Shown one piece after another: positions 47,808-60,700 of a DNA stretch of 64,000 bases. This DNA is from Pristiophorus japonicus (lineage: Eukaryota), in NCBI RefSeq assembly GCF_044704955.1, contig NC_091979.1:200446001-200510000 (forward strand), given 5' to 3'. The notes below the pieces were generated by a model that did no database searches, was not told the origin of the DNA, and was given only the letters and a program-made list of their open reading frames with translations. The position numbers were made by a program, and so were the translations under genes. Position 1 is the first letter of the stretch. Every line of letters starts with the position of its first letter.

Positions 47808-50800
47808 TGTTATATATGTAAACCTTGTAAATACCTTGTTTAACCACCAGAGGGCTCATCCCCTGGAGTGCCAAGGGATCCCACAAACCCTTGGCAGCAC
47901 AGGTATATAAGGAGGCCTCACATGCTGGAGAGGCACTCTGGAGACCTGCAATAAAGGACTACGGTCACACACTACTTTGAGCCTACAGTATCTGGTCAGA
48001 CTCTTTATGGCAGGGTGATGGGAACCAATGCAGGGAGACAGAGGGAAACAAAATGGAGACAGAAGCAAAAGACAGAAAGGAGATGAGTAAAAGTGGAGGA
48101 CAGAGAAACCCAAGGCAAAAAACAAAAAGGGCCACTTTGCAGCAAAATTCTAAAGTGTCTAAGTGTGTTAAAAAGGCAAGCCTGAAGGCTCTGTGCCTTA
48201 ATGCGAGGAGTATTCAGAATAAGGTGGACGAATTAACAGTGCAGATAGCAGTTAACGGATATGATGTGGTTGGCATCACGGAGACATGGTTCCAGGGTGA
48301 CCAAGGCTGGGAACTCAACATCCAAGGGTATTCAACATTTAGGAAGGATAGAAAGGAAGAGGAGGCAGGGTGGCGTTGCTAGTTAAAGAGGAAATTAATG
48401 CAATAGTAAGGAAAGACATTAGCTTGGATGATGTGGAATCGGTATGGGTGGAGCTGCAGAATACCAAAGGGCAGAAAACGCTAGTGGGAGTTGTGTACAG
48501 ACCTCCAAACAGCAGTAGTGATGTTGGGGAGGGCATCAAACAGGAAATTAGGGGTGCATGCAATAAAGGTGCAGCAGTTATCATGGGTGACTTTAATATG
48601 CATATAGATTGGCGAACCAAACTGGAAACAATACAGTGGAAGAGGATTTCCTGGAGTGCATAAGGGATGGTTTTCTAGACCAATATGTCGAGGAACCAAC
48701 TAGGGGGAGGCCATCTTAGACTGGGTGTTGTGTAATGAGAGGGGATTAATTAGCAATCTCGTTGTGCGAGGCCCCTTGGGGAAGAGTGACCATAATATGG
48801 TGGAATTCTACTTTAGGTTGGAGAATGAAACCGTTAAGTCAGAGACCATGGTCCAAAACTTAAAGAAGGGTAACTTTGAAGGTATGAGGCGTGAATTGGT
48901 TAGAATAGATTGGCGAATTATACTTAAGGGGTTGACAGTGGATGGGCAATGGCAGACATTTAGAGACCGCATGGATGAACTACAACAATTGTACATCCCT
49001 GTCTGGCATAAAAATAGAAAAAGGAAGGTGGCTCAACTGTGGCTATCAAGAGAAATCAGGGATAGTGTTAAAACCAAGGAAGTGGCATACAAATTGGCCA
49101 GAAATAGCAGCGAACCCGGGGACTGGGAGAAATTTAGAACTCAACAGAGGAGGACAAAGGGTTTAATTAGGGCAGGGAAAATAGAGTACGAGAGGAAGCT
49201 TGCAGGGAACATTAAAATGGACTACAAAAGCTTCTATAGAGAGAAAAAGCTTGTAAAGAGAAAAAGGTTAGTAAAGACAAATGTAGGTCCCCTGCAGTCA
49301 GAATCAGGAGAAGTCATAACTGGGAACAAAGAAATGGCAGACCAATTGAACAAGTACTTTGGTTCGGTATTTACTAAGGAGGACACAAACAACCTTCCGG
49401 ATATAAAAGGGGTCAGAGGGTCTAGTAAGAAGGAGGAACTGAGGGAAATCCTTATTAGTCGGGAAATTGTGTTGGGAAAATTAATGGGATTGAAGGCCAA
49501 TAAATCTCCAGGGCCTGATGGTCTGCATCCCAGAATACTTAAGGAGGTGGCCTTGGAAATAGCGGATGCATTGACAGTCATTTTCCAACATTCCATAGAC
49601 TCTGGATCAGTTCCTATGGAGTGGATGGTAGCCAATGTAACCCCACTTTTTAAAAAAAAAAGAGAGAGAAAACACGGAATTATAGACCGGTCAGCCTGAT
49701 ATCGGTAGTGGGTAAAATGATGGAATCAATTATTAAGGATGTCATAGCAGCGCATTTGGAAGGTCCAAATCAGCATGGATTTTTGAAAGGGAAATCGTGC
49801 TTGACAAATCTTCTGGAATTTTTTGAGGATGTTTCCAGTAGAGTGGACAAGGGAGAACCAGTTGATGTGGTGTATTTGGACTTTCAGAAGGCTTTCGACA
49901 AGGTCCCACACGAGATTAATGTGCAAAGTTAAAGCACATGGGATTGGGGGTAGTGTGTTGACGTGGATTGAGAACTGGTTGGCAGACAGGAAGCAAAGAG
50001 TAGGAGTAAATGGGTGCTTTTCAGAATGGCAGGCAGTGACTAGTGGGGTACCGCAAGGTTCTATGCTGGGGCCCCAGCTGTTGACATTGTACATTAATGA
50101 TTTAGACGAGGGGATTAAATGTAGTATCTCCAAATTTGCGGATGACACTAAATTGGGTGGCAGTGTGAGCTGCGAGGAGGATGCTATGAGGCTGCAGATA
50201 GGTTAGGTGAGTGGGCAAATGCATGGCAGATGAAGTATAATGGAGATAAATGTGAGGTTATCCACATTGGTGGTAAAAACAAAGAGACAGACTTATCTGA
50301 ATGGTGACAGATTAGGAAAAGGGGAGATGCAATGAGACCTGGATGTCATGGTACATCAGTCATTGAAGGTTGGCATGCAGGTACAGCAAGAGGTTAAGAA
50401 AGCAAATGGCATGTTGGCCTTCATAGCGAGAGGATTTGAGTACAGGGGCAGGGAGGTGTTACTACAGTTGTACAGGGCCTTGGTGAGGCCTCACCAAGTA
50501 CAGTTTTGGTCTCCTAACTTGAGGAAGGACATTCTTGCTATTGAGGGAGTGCAGCGAAGGTTCACCCGACTGATTCCCGGGATGGCAGGACTGACATATC
50601 AAGAAAGACTGGATCAACTGGGCTTGTATTCACTGGAGTTCAGAAAAATGAGGGGATCTCATAGAAATGTTTACAATTCTGACGGGTTTAGACAGGTTAG
50701 ATGCAGGAAGAATGTTCCCAATGTTGGGGAAGTCCAAAACCAGGGGTCACAGTCTAAGGATAAGGGGTAAGCCATTTAGGACCGAGATAAGGAAAAACTT

Positions 50801-53800
50801 CTTCACCCAGAGAGTGGTGAACCTGTGGAATTCTCTACCACAGGAAGTTGTTGAGGCCAATTCACTAAATATATTCAAAAAGGAGTTAGATGTAGTTCTT
50901 ACTACTAGGGGGATCAAGGGGTATGGCGAAAGCAGGAATGGGGTACTGAAGGTGCATGTTCAACCATGAACTCATTGAATGGCGGTGCAGGCTCGAAGGG
51001 CCGAATGGCCTACTCCTGCACCTATTTTCTGTTTCTATCTATGTTTCAAGACATAACAACTGGCAAGGAGATACAGATGTCGAACCCCAATGCAACAATG
51101 CAGAGAACCGTGGGCATCCTGGAGAAATTTTCGGAGGGAGATGATTGGGAAACCTTCGTGGAGCGACTCGACCAATATTTCGTGGCCAACGAGCTGGAAG
51201 GAGAAGCGAACGCTGCCAAACGAAGAGCGATTCTCCTCACCGTTTGTGGGGTGCCAACGTATGGCCTCATGAAAATTCTGCTTGCTCCAGCGAAACCCAC
51301 AGACAAGTCGTACGATGATTTTTGCACACTGGTCCGGAAGCATCTAAACCCGAAGGAAAGTGTTCTGATGGCGAGGTATTGGTTCTACACGTACAAGAGG
51401 TCTGAAGGCCAGGAAGTGGCGAGCTATGTCGCTGAGCTAAGGCGCTTTGCAGGATATGGCGAATTTGAAGGATACGTGGAGCACATGCTCAGGGACTTCT
51501 TTGTACTTGGCATTGGCCATGAACTTTTGACTGTAAAGACACCAACCCTGACTGTAGAAACACCAACCTTGAGTAAAGCTATAGCGATAGCCCAGGCCAT
51601 CATCGCCACCAGTGACAATACCAAACAAATCTCAGCACACAAGTGCTGTTGCAAGTACTGTGAACAAAGTAGTAATGTTTTTTACAAATCTTAACATACA
51701 GGGCAGGACTCGCATGCCTGCAGTTGCACGTACACAGGTGTCTGAATCCACCATCAAGGGTGGTGAATGCAAGGCCATTAACACTTTGTTGGTGCTGCGG
51801 AGGTGATCATCGCTTCCATTCATGCCGCTTCAAAGGATAAGTTTGCAAGGGCTGTGGAACAATGGGACACCTCCAATGTATGTGCAGGTGAGATGCAAAC
51901 CCTGCTAATCCTGCAAACCACCATGTTGCAGAGGAGAACCGATCCACGGTGGATCACAACGAACCAGAGCCTCAGACTGAGGAGGCAGAGGTATATGGGG
52001 TGCACACATTTACCACAGTGTCCCCCGATAATGCTGAAGTTTGAATTAAATGGGCTCCTGGTGTCAATGGAGCTTAGCGCGGGCGTGAGCCAGTCCATAA
52101 TGAGCAAAAAGACTTTCGATAAACTGTGATGCAGCAAGGCCTCAAGGCCAGTCCTGACTCCAATTCGTACTAAACTGAGAACGTACACATAGGAACTGAT
52201 ACCCGTAATTGGCAGTGCTACAGAAAAGGTCTCCTACGATGGAGCGGTGCATAAATTACCACTCTAGGTGGTACCGGGTGATGGCCCCACGTTGTTCGGC
52301 AGGAGCTGGCTGGAAAAGATACACTGGAACTGGGACGACATCCGAGCGCTCTCGTCCGTCGATGACACTTCGTGTGCCCAGGTCTTAAACAAGTTCCCCT
52401 CGCTGTTCAAACTGGGCATCGGGAAGTTCCAAGGCGCAAAAGTGCAGATCCATTTGATTGTGGGGGCGCGACCCATCCATCACAGGGCGAGAGCGGTACT
52501 GTACATAGAGAGCGTAGATCGAGCTGGACCGGCTGTAACGAGAGGGCATCATTTTGCCAATCGAATTCAACATGTGATCCAGTCCAATTGTTCCAGTCCT
52601 CAAGGAAGACGACACCATCAGTTACTTAGAATCTGTGGCGATTACAATCAATCGTTTCTCCCTGCAGGTCAATACCCGCTACCAAAGGCAGACGATCTTT
52701 TTGCGACATTGGCAGGAGGAAAAACGTTCACGAAGCTGGATTTGACCTCTGCCTACGTGACGCAGGAGCTGGAGGAATCATCGCAGGGCCTCACCTGCAT
52801 CAACACGCGCAAAGGTCTCTTCATTTACAACAGATGCCCGTTTGGGTATCGATCAGCCGGGGTGATATTCCAGAGGAACATGGAAAACTTGCTGAAGTCG
52901 GTCCCGCGCACCGTGGTCTTCCAGGATGACATCTTGGTTACAGGTCGGGACAGGGTCGAGAACCTGGAGGAGGTTCTTAGTTGGCTTAATCATGTGGGGC
53001 TCAGGTTAAAACGCGCGAAGTGCGTTTTCCTGGTGACTGAAGTGGGGAGAAAAATCGCGGCGGACAACATCAGGCCCATCGATTCGAAGACTGAGGCAAT
53101 CAAGAACACGCTGAGACCACAGAACCGTGACGGAGCTGTGGTTGTTTCTTGGACTCCTGAACTACTTTGGTAACTTTTTACCGGGTCTCAGCACACTGCT
53201 AGAACCACTACACTCTTTACTGCGTAAAGGAAATGAAAGGACATGGGGTAAAAGCCAAGAAAATGCCTTTGAGAAAGCTAGAAAGCTGTTATGCTCAAAC
53301 AAATTGCTTGTGTTGTATGATCCATGTAAGCGTTTGGTACTAGCATGTGATGTGTCGTCATAAGGTGTCGGATGTGTATTGCAACAAGCTAATGAATCTG
53401 GGAAATTGCAACCGGTTGCTTATGCATCCAGAAGTCTGTCTAAGGCTGAGGGGGCCTACAGCATAATCGAAAAAGAAGCAATAGCATGTATTTATGGGGT
53501 AAAGAAAATGCATCAATATTTGTTTGGGCCTAAATTTGAATTGGAAACTGACCATAAGCCACTTATGTTCCTCTTCTCTGAAAGTAAGGAGATTAACACA
53601 TCCAGAGATGGACGCTTACGTTGTCCGCATACAATTACGCCATCCGTCACCGGCCAGGCACAGAAAACTGTGCCGATGCTCTCAGTAGGCTGCCATTGTC
53701 CACCACAGGTGGAGATGGTGCAGCCCGCAGACTTAGTTATGGTAATGGAAGCATTCGAAAGTGAGCAATCACCTGTTACCCCCCCCCAGACAGATTAGAA

Positions 53801-55313
53801 CCTGAACGAACCCCTTACTGTCCTTAGTTTAAAAAAAACCTGTGTGTTCCACGCGAGTTGGTCTAGTGTCCCGTTAGACAAGCAGGAAGAAATAAAGCCA
53901 GACCAGCGGCACAGCGATGAAATGTCCATACTGCCTTCTGTGGGGTAAAAATGGCAGCGACACTTTCATTAGTGACCTCCACTGTACCTACCCAGGTATT
54001 GTAATGATGAAAGCGATAGCCAGATCCCATGTGTCATGCCCTAGTATCGATGCAGACTTACATGTGTGCATGCAGGACTCTTAACACATGTTCCCAGTTA
54101 AGCAATGCACCCAGAGAGGTGCCACTAACTATGGTTCTGGCCCTAAAACCAGGGTTCATGACGACTGTGCAGGCCCATTCTTGGGAAAAATATTCCTTGT
54201 GGTTGTAGATGCGTATTCCAAATGGATTGAATGTGAGATAATGTCTGCAAGCACGTTCGTTGCCACCATTTGAAAACCTGCAGGCCATGTTTGCCATGCA
54301 CGGCCTGCCTGATGTCCTTGTAAGTGACAATGGGCCCTGCTTCACCAGGGCCGAGTTCAAAGTTCATAACCTGCAATGGGATCAAATATGTCACTTCGGC
54401 CCCGTTCAAACCAACGTCCAATGGTCAGGCAGTGCAAACAATCAAGCAGAGCTTGAAGAGGGTAATTGAAGGCTCACTGCAGACTCGCCTATCCTAAATC
54501 CTGCTTAGTTACTGCACAGGACCCCACTTGCTCACTGGGGTTCTGCCTGCTGAACTCATAAGGGCACTAAAGAGAAGACCACCCTGATCTACACGAGCCG
54601 GTAGAGAGCAGGCGCCTTCAACAGAATACATATGATCGTGCAAATGTGTCACGTGAAATTGAGATTAATGATCCTGTATTTCTGTTGAACTATGGACAAG
54701 GTCCCAAGTGGCTTCCCGGCACTATCGTGGCCAAAGAGGAGAGTAGGATATTTCAGGTCAGACTTTCAAATGGGCTCCCCTGCAGGAAACATTTGGACCA
54801 AACCAAACTAAGATTCACGGACTATCCAGAACAACCCACAATAGAGTCTACCTTTTCTGACCCCCTCCCCCCAACACACACACACCAGTGGCAATAGACT
54901 CGGCGGTTGACCACGAAGCCGATCCCATCACCCGCAGCAGCCAGCAGGACTCGCCACGCCCAGCAGGCCAACACAGGAGCCCAGCGAGAGCCCAACAAAC
55001 GATTCACCAAAACCAGCATTTGCACCGAGACGATCAACCAGGGAAAGGAAGGCCCCAGATCAACTCGCATTGTAAATAGTTACACTATTGACAAGGGGGG
55101 AAGGTGTTATATGTAAACCTGTAAATACAGTATTTAATCACCAGAGGGCTCATCCCCTGGAATCCCAAGGGATTGTGGGATCCCTTGGGAGCACAGGTAA
55201 ATAAGGAGGCCTCACAAGCTGGAGAGGCACTCTGGAGACCTGCAATAAAGGACTACGGTCACACACTACTTTGAGCCTACAGTATCTGGTCAGTCACTCT
55301 CCAATACATAACC
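47808..55313 (+). mobile_element. Full-length Gypsy LTR retrotransposon, inactive
   Basis: 5' LTR 47808-48008 plus 51046-51058; 3' LTR about 55104-55313; TSD GATAC (47803-47807, 55314-55318); PBS TGGC at 51061; PPT aaggggggaagg. Gag with zinc knuckles, then PR, RT (LDLTSAY, FQDDIL), RH and IN (AGPF, VSDNG). Confidence 0.93.
48009..51045 (+). mobile_element. CR1 LINE (near-complete ORF2) inserted in the Gypsy 5' LTR
   Basis: CLNARSI, GITETW, GDFN, GKSDH, KSPGPDGLHP and KFADDTK motifs; CR1 3' tail; LTR sequence resumes afterwards. Confidence 0.95.
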
Positions 55314-55857
55314 GATACAAGCTTTTTATTCCAGATTTATTGACTTAACTGAATTTAGTAGTAGCAAGTTCCACATTCTAACCACTCCCTGGGTAAATAA
55401 ATTTATCCGGAGTTCTTGGTGGTTTATTAATGACTTATCTTATTTATGGCCCCTTGTTTTGGACTCCCCACAAGTGGAAACATGTTCTCTACATCTACCC
55501 CATTTGTTTTCAGTTGGTGGTAATAGTGATGAAATTAACCAGAAACCCCACTGCAGTTTGGTTAAAAATAACCTGACAATACTTGCACAGGGCATGGTGT
55601 ATGAACAGGCACAGGCCAAAGGGAAGCCTGCATCGTGTGAAGACAAAGGACTTCACTCTGTGACAGAGCAGCACTGGCTGGGACAAGAGTGGATGGTGGG
55701 GATTGAAGGATGGTAATCTGATTGGCTGGTTGATGGGGCTGCTGACAGGAGAGTGGATAGTGGTTCTGGCTGAGTTCAAGCGTGATGTAGGGCAAAAAAT
55801 TTTATAATGGAAATGTTAATCGGTTCAAATCTAGGGATTCAGTTTGAAACAGTAAAA

Positions 55858-56212
55858 GACTTGCATTTATATAGTGCCTTTCACGACCACAGGACAACCC
55901 AAAACACTTTCTAGCCAATTAAATACTATTGAAGTGTAGTCACTCTTGCAATACAGGAAACGCGGCAGCCAATTTGTGCACCGCAAGCTCTCACAAACAA
56001 CAGTGTGATAATGATCAGATAATCTGTTTGTGATGGTGGTTGAGGGATTAACATTGGCCAGGTGAGCTCCTTATCTGAATGATGGAACCTCCGACAGTGT
56101 GGCACTCCCTCAGTACAGCACGAGAGTGTCAGCTTAGACTATTACACTCAAAACTCGAGCGGGGCTTGAACCCACAACCAACTGACTAAGACTAGAATAT
56201 TACCACTGAGCC
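55858..56212 (-). mobile_element. DeuSINE (internally deleted)
   Basis: Head and tail as at 35216-35655. Confidence 0.75.
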
Positions 56213-56899
56213 ATATATACTGCTCTATTAAATACATACATTTTTTTTAGCATGTAGCTTCCCTGATAAATGCACAACCTGGTACGGCATTGAGCCAAGT
56301 TTGATCCCAGTTCTGCAGTGACTTGGGTAAACACAGCCAGGTTGGCAGAAAGGGCTCATTACACTTCAGCTAGGGAAGTATCAGATAAGTCAGGGTCCTG
56401 ATCACAGTCCAATAATTCCTACCTAAAAGAACACACATGGACATTAGGATGTGATGGGCTATTTAGTAAAACAGCCTGCCAACATTCACCAGATGAAAAA
56501 TTTGCATTTATATCATGATTTTCACAAAAAGCCAATTCTGCCAATTTTTTAAGTTAAGTAACTGTAGGCAAACCAGGCAGCAACATTCTGTAAATGTTAA
56601 ATAACCACTTCAGGCGTTTTTATTTTGGTGATGTTGAGTTAAGGGAGGAATGTTGGCCAGGATAATGGAAGAAATTGCTTCTGCTCTTCAAGTAGTGCCA
56701 TGGGTTATATCCCATCACCTGAACTGGCCATTAGGATTCAAGTTTAATGTCTCAGCTGAGAGATGACACCCCAGAAAAGGCTGTCGGTCTTGATTATTGC
56801 CAAAACCTTCTGATGTGGGGACAAATGTGCTACCACTGCATCAGGGCAAGCACTCTTTAAGCTCACAAATGTAAAATATACATCGTTTATTATATATCT

Positions 56900-57410
56900 G
56901 GAATACTACATTCAGCTCCTCGGGAAGGATAAATTGGTCTGGGAGGAGGTGCAGTGCAAATTCACCAGAATTAAGAGGGTTAAATTATGAGGATGGGTTG
57001 CATAGACTAGGCTTGTATTCCCTTGAATATAGAAGATTAAGGGGTGATCTAATTGAGGTATTTCCGATGATTAAAAGGATTTGTTAGGGTAGATGGAGAG
57101 AAACTGTTTCCTCTTGGGAGAGTCCAGAACGAAGGGGCATATCCTTAAAAATAGAGCCAGGTCATTCAGGGGTGATGTAAGAAAGCACTTCTTCACATAA
57201 AAGATAGTGGAAATCTAGAAAACTCCCAAAAACTGAGGCTGGGAGTCAAATGAAAATTTCAAAACTGAGATCAATAGATTTGTTAGGTAAGGGTATTAAG
57301 GGTTATGGAACCATGGTGGGTAGATGAAATTAAGATATAGATCAGCCATGATCTAATTGACTGGTGGAACAGGTTTCAGGGGCGGAATGGCCTACCCTTG
57401 ATCTTGTGCT
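56900..57410 (+). mobile_element. Old CR1 3' fragment
   Basis: agaagattaaggggtgatctaattgagg; gatcagccatgatct...tggcctac. Confidence 0.7.
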
Positions 57411-57743
57411 ACTGCAGAACCATATTTTAGTACAGGTCTGTCCCTTGAGAGAAGAGGGAGAGTAATTGGGAGGTGGGGATGTTACTTGTCAGAATTTCTT
57501 TTACTATATTTCCACAGAGAGGATTTGAATGTTTTTAGTTTTTAAAGCAAAGTGAATTTGCACATTTAGGAAGGGGTGGGGGCACCGAGGTGGTTAATTA
57601 CATTACATAGAATATTCGACACAAACAGGCCATTCGGCCCAACCAATCCATGCTCCACTCAAGCCTCATCCCGTCTTTCCTCATCTAAATCTATCAGCAT
57701 AACCCTCTATTCCCTTTGCATTCATAAGCTTGTCTAACCGCCC

Positions 57744-60700
57744 TGTGATATATTCTTATGACATCACTAACACAGCACACTACACAAGATGGCTCCTTGA
57801 CAGAAAACTGTCATCATGTGACCTTGCCACATGATCCTTTATTATTTACATCAGTAGTTGCATTACCACAGTAGTCTTCTAGGTGGAGCGGTAGCCCACT
57901 AGGGGGCGCTCCTATACTTCTCCCTCCCTAATAAAGAAGTAATCACAACAAAATAATAATTATACATAACTTGCATGGTATACATAAGACATAGAGCTAG
58001 AATTTGCAGTGGCTCACCGCCCAGTTTCTGGGTGGTATTAGCCGTTTTGGATGATAACCGGGTTGGCGAGAAATTGCCCAGCTGAGTTATGCCGGCGGTT
58101 TCGAAATACCGCTGGGGAGCGGACCGCCAGTGTGCACCGTTCACAGATCGCCATGGTGTGATATTTGGCTCAGCGGTGACCTGTAGGTAAGTATTAAAGC
58201 CCAGGAGACTCAGCGTGCGTAGCTGTGCAAAAAAAAAAGGTAAGTAATTTGTTTTTTTACTAATTATTTTAAAATTCTGTTGTGATTTAAGTTAAAAGGG
58301 TCCTAAGAATGTGTCTCTCTCTGATTTTTTTAATGTTTTTTGAAAAAATATTGTTTTTCTCCTAGGCCCAACCCAGGGTAAATTTGTGGTAAATTTATTA
58401 ATTGTCGCTCATTTTCTTTAAGAACTGCCCAATTGACCCAAAGTTCACCTTTTTCACCGAGAATCAGGGTGCAACACTCATTTTTTTTGCTGGGCAGATT
58501 TTTTTCTTTTTTTGGGGTGGGGGGAGTTTTTGCCAGTGATAATCATGGGGATCTTAGCGGTCTTTTGGGCAGCAATCGGGTGCTGGCGGATTGTTAGGAA
58601 ATTCCAGCCAATGGACTTATTTTTCCATATTTACAAATCAAATGTAACCACTGGTTTTCTGTTCGAAGTGGATACCTTTTGCTCTCGAACGGAACTTTCC
58701 AAACTAAGCTGTAGAATTTAGACTCATTGGGCTGATCCTGAGGAGTTTTTCTCCAGGGGCAACCCTTGATCTACTTGTGGACTCTGTTCAACCTCAGAGG
58801 GTTTGTCTGCTTGACTTGGACTCGGACTTAAATTCTGACATTCTCCTGGACTTGTTTCTAGTACATTTGATCTAGGATTTGCTACTAGTACTCTAATTGT
58901 AACAAGACTATCTGACTCAGCAGAAATAATAGAATAATTCCAACTTTCAACTCCTTCCACATCTGTAGGTAAAATATGATCAATGTGAACAAACCTAACC
59001 TTTGCATGATCAAACATCTTGACCAAATATGTGTGAGGGCCACATATCTTCACTACTCTTCCTGGTAACCACTTTAACCATTTATGGTAATGGTTCTTCA
59101 CTCTAACCTGACAATTTCACACTTTTCTCTCTTGCTCTACCTCTATCATGATTCTCTCTCTCAATTATTTCTCTTCCACTGACTCTGCCAAGTTTGCCTT
59201 TAACAACGAGAACCTGGTTCGTGGCTGTCGTTTGAGAAACAACTCTGCTGGTGTTCTACCAGTAGTTGTATGAGGAGTATTATGATATGTAATTAGTAAA
59301 TTTGCCAACTTATGGTCGAATGACAATTTCTATTTCCTTGAATTTGAATCCAACATTTGTTTGATGAGGGCACGTTTTACAATTTGTACTATGTGCTCTG
59401 CTGCACCATTTGAAGCAGAGTGGTACGGTGGAACTCTGGTATGTTTCTGCCCGTGAACTGTGCAAATTCTTAACAACATTTCGGCCCATTATCAGATACA
59501 CTTTCTTCTGGGAGGCCATATGAAGAAAATGATCTTCGCAAATTGTCTAATGTTTTACTTGTTTTCCGCATCGGAAACACCTCTACCCACTTCGAATGAT
59601 TATTAATCACAATGAACAATTGTCCTTCTAGCTCAGCAAAATCTATGTAACCTTTGCCACACCCTGGGAGGCCATTTCCATGTCAATAATGGTACTGATG
59701 GTGGTTTCTTGCTTACCGATTGACATGTTGTACACTGACGAATGGTGTACTCTATATCTTTAAACCTGGCCACCATAAGTAACTGCATGCAAAGCTCCTC
59801 ATAATTTGGACCTGAATTTATTTGGTATAACCATTCTTGCATCCCACGATACAATCTTTATCAACTGATAATTAATTCCTACAAACAAAGTATGGATGAA
59901 TATCTTCCTCTGATACTTAGTTTGGCCAGCCATTTGCTATATAATCATGCACCTTTGACATAACTGGGTCACGTTTGGTTGCTCTACCAATCTCTTCAAC
60001 TGTGACTGGCAGTTCATCAATATATGAAAAATAGAACACTTCTTCCCTATTGGGTGTAACGTGTGATGCGGATGGCAACCTGGACATAGCATCAGCATTA
60101 CCATCTGACTTGCATACAACAACAATGGGTGTAGCCCAGTTACTTAGATGTACCTTAGAGATAATGTTCTCAGTCTCTAGTCTTGAGTTCTTGCTGAACT
60201 TTCTCCTTGGGTGCGTATAGTACAGAACATGGCTTGCAGTAAATTGGTCTTGCGTCCTTCTGCACTCTGGCACTCTCCTTGAAGTCTTGGATCGGACTGC
60301 CTGTTTCGCAGAATATCTTCGGATACTGCTTGATGACGACATATTTTGATGCAAATTTCATTTCCACACGCAAAATTTCATTCCAATCCAGCTTCAGTGA
60401 TCCCAACCAATTTCTACCTATCAAGGCAGACTTGTCTTCTGCCACTACTATTAGAGGCAAGCTCTGAAATGGATCCTTGTATTTCACCAGTATGGTGATA
60501 GGTCCTACAACAGGGATTTTCTCTCCGGAGTAGCCTCACAGCTCTATCTTGGATTTCTCCAGTCGAAAATCATGTAACTTGTCTAAACATAGTGATTCCA
60601 GTACTATGCTCTCAGATGCACCAGTGTCGATTTCCATGGGTATCCTGGTTCCTGCAACGTCTACTTGGATGACGATATTTCGCGAATCGCTGTTGGATAC

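Noticed and set aside
50966-54897. Gag/Pol ORFs as a domesticated gene
   Set aside because: Multiple stops and frameshifts, a mutated protease motif, and flanking LTRs with a TSD.
55590-55665. Short words reminiscent of LF-SINE
   Set aside because: The matches are too short to support a call.
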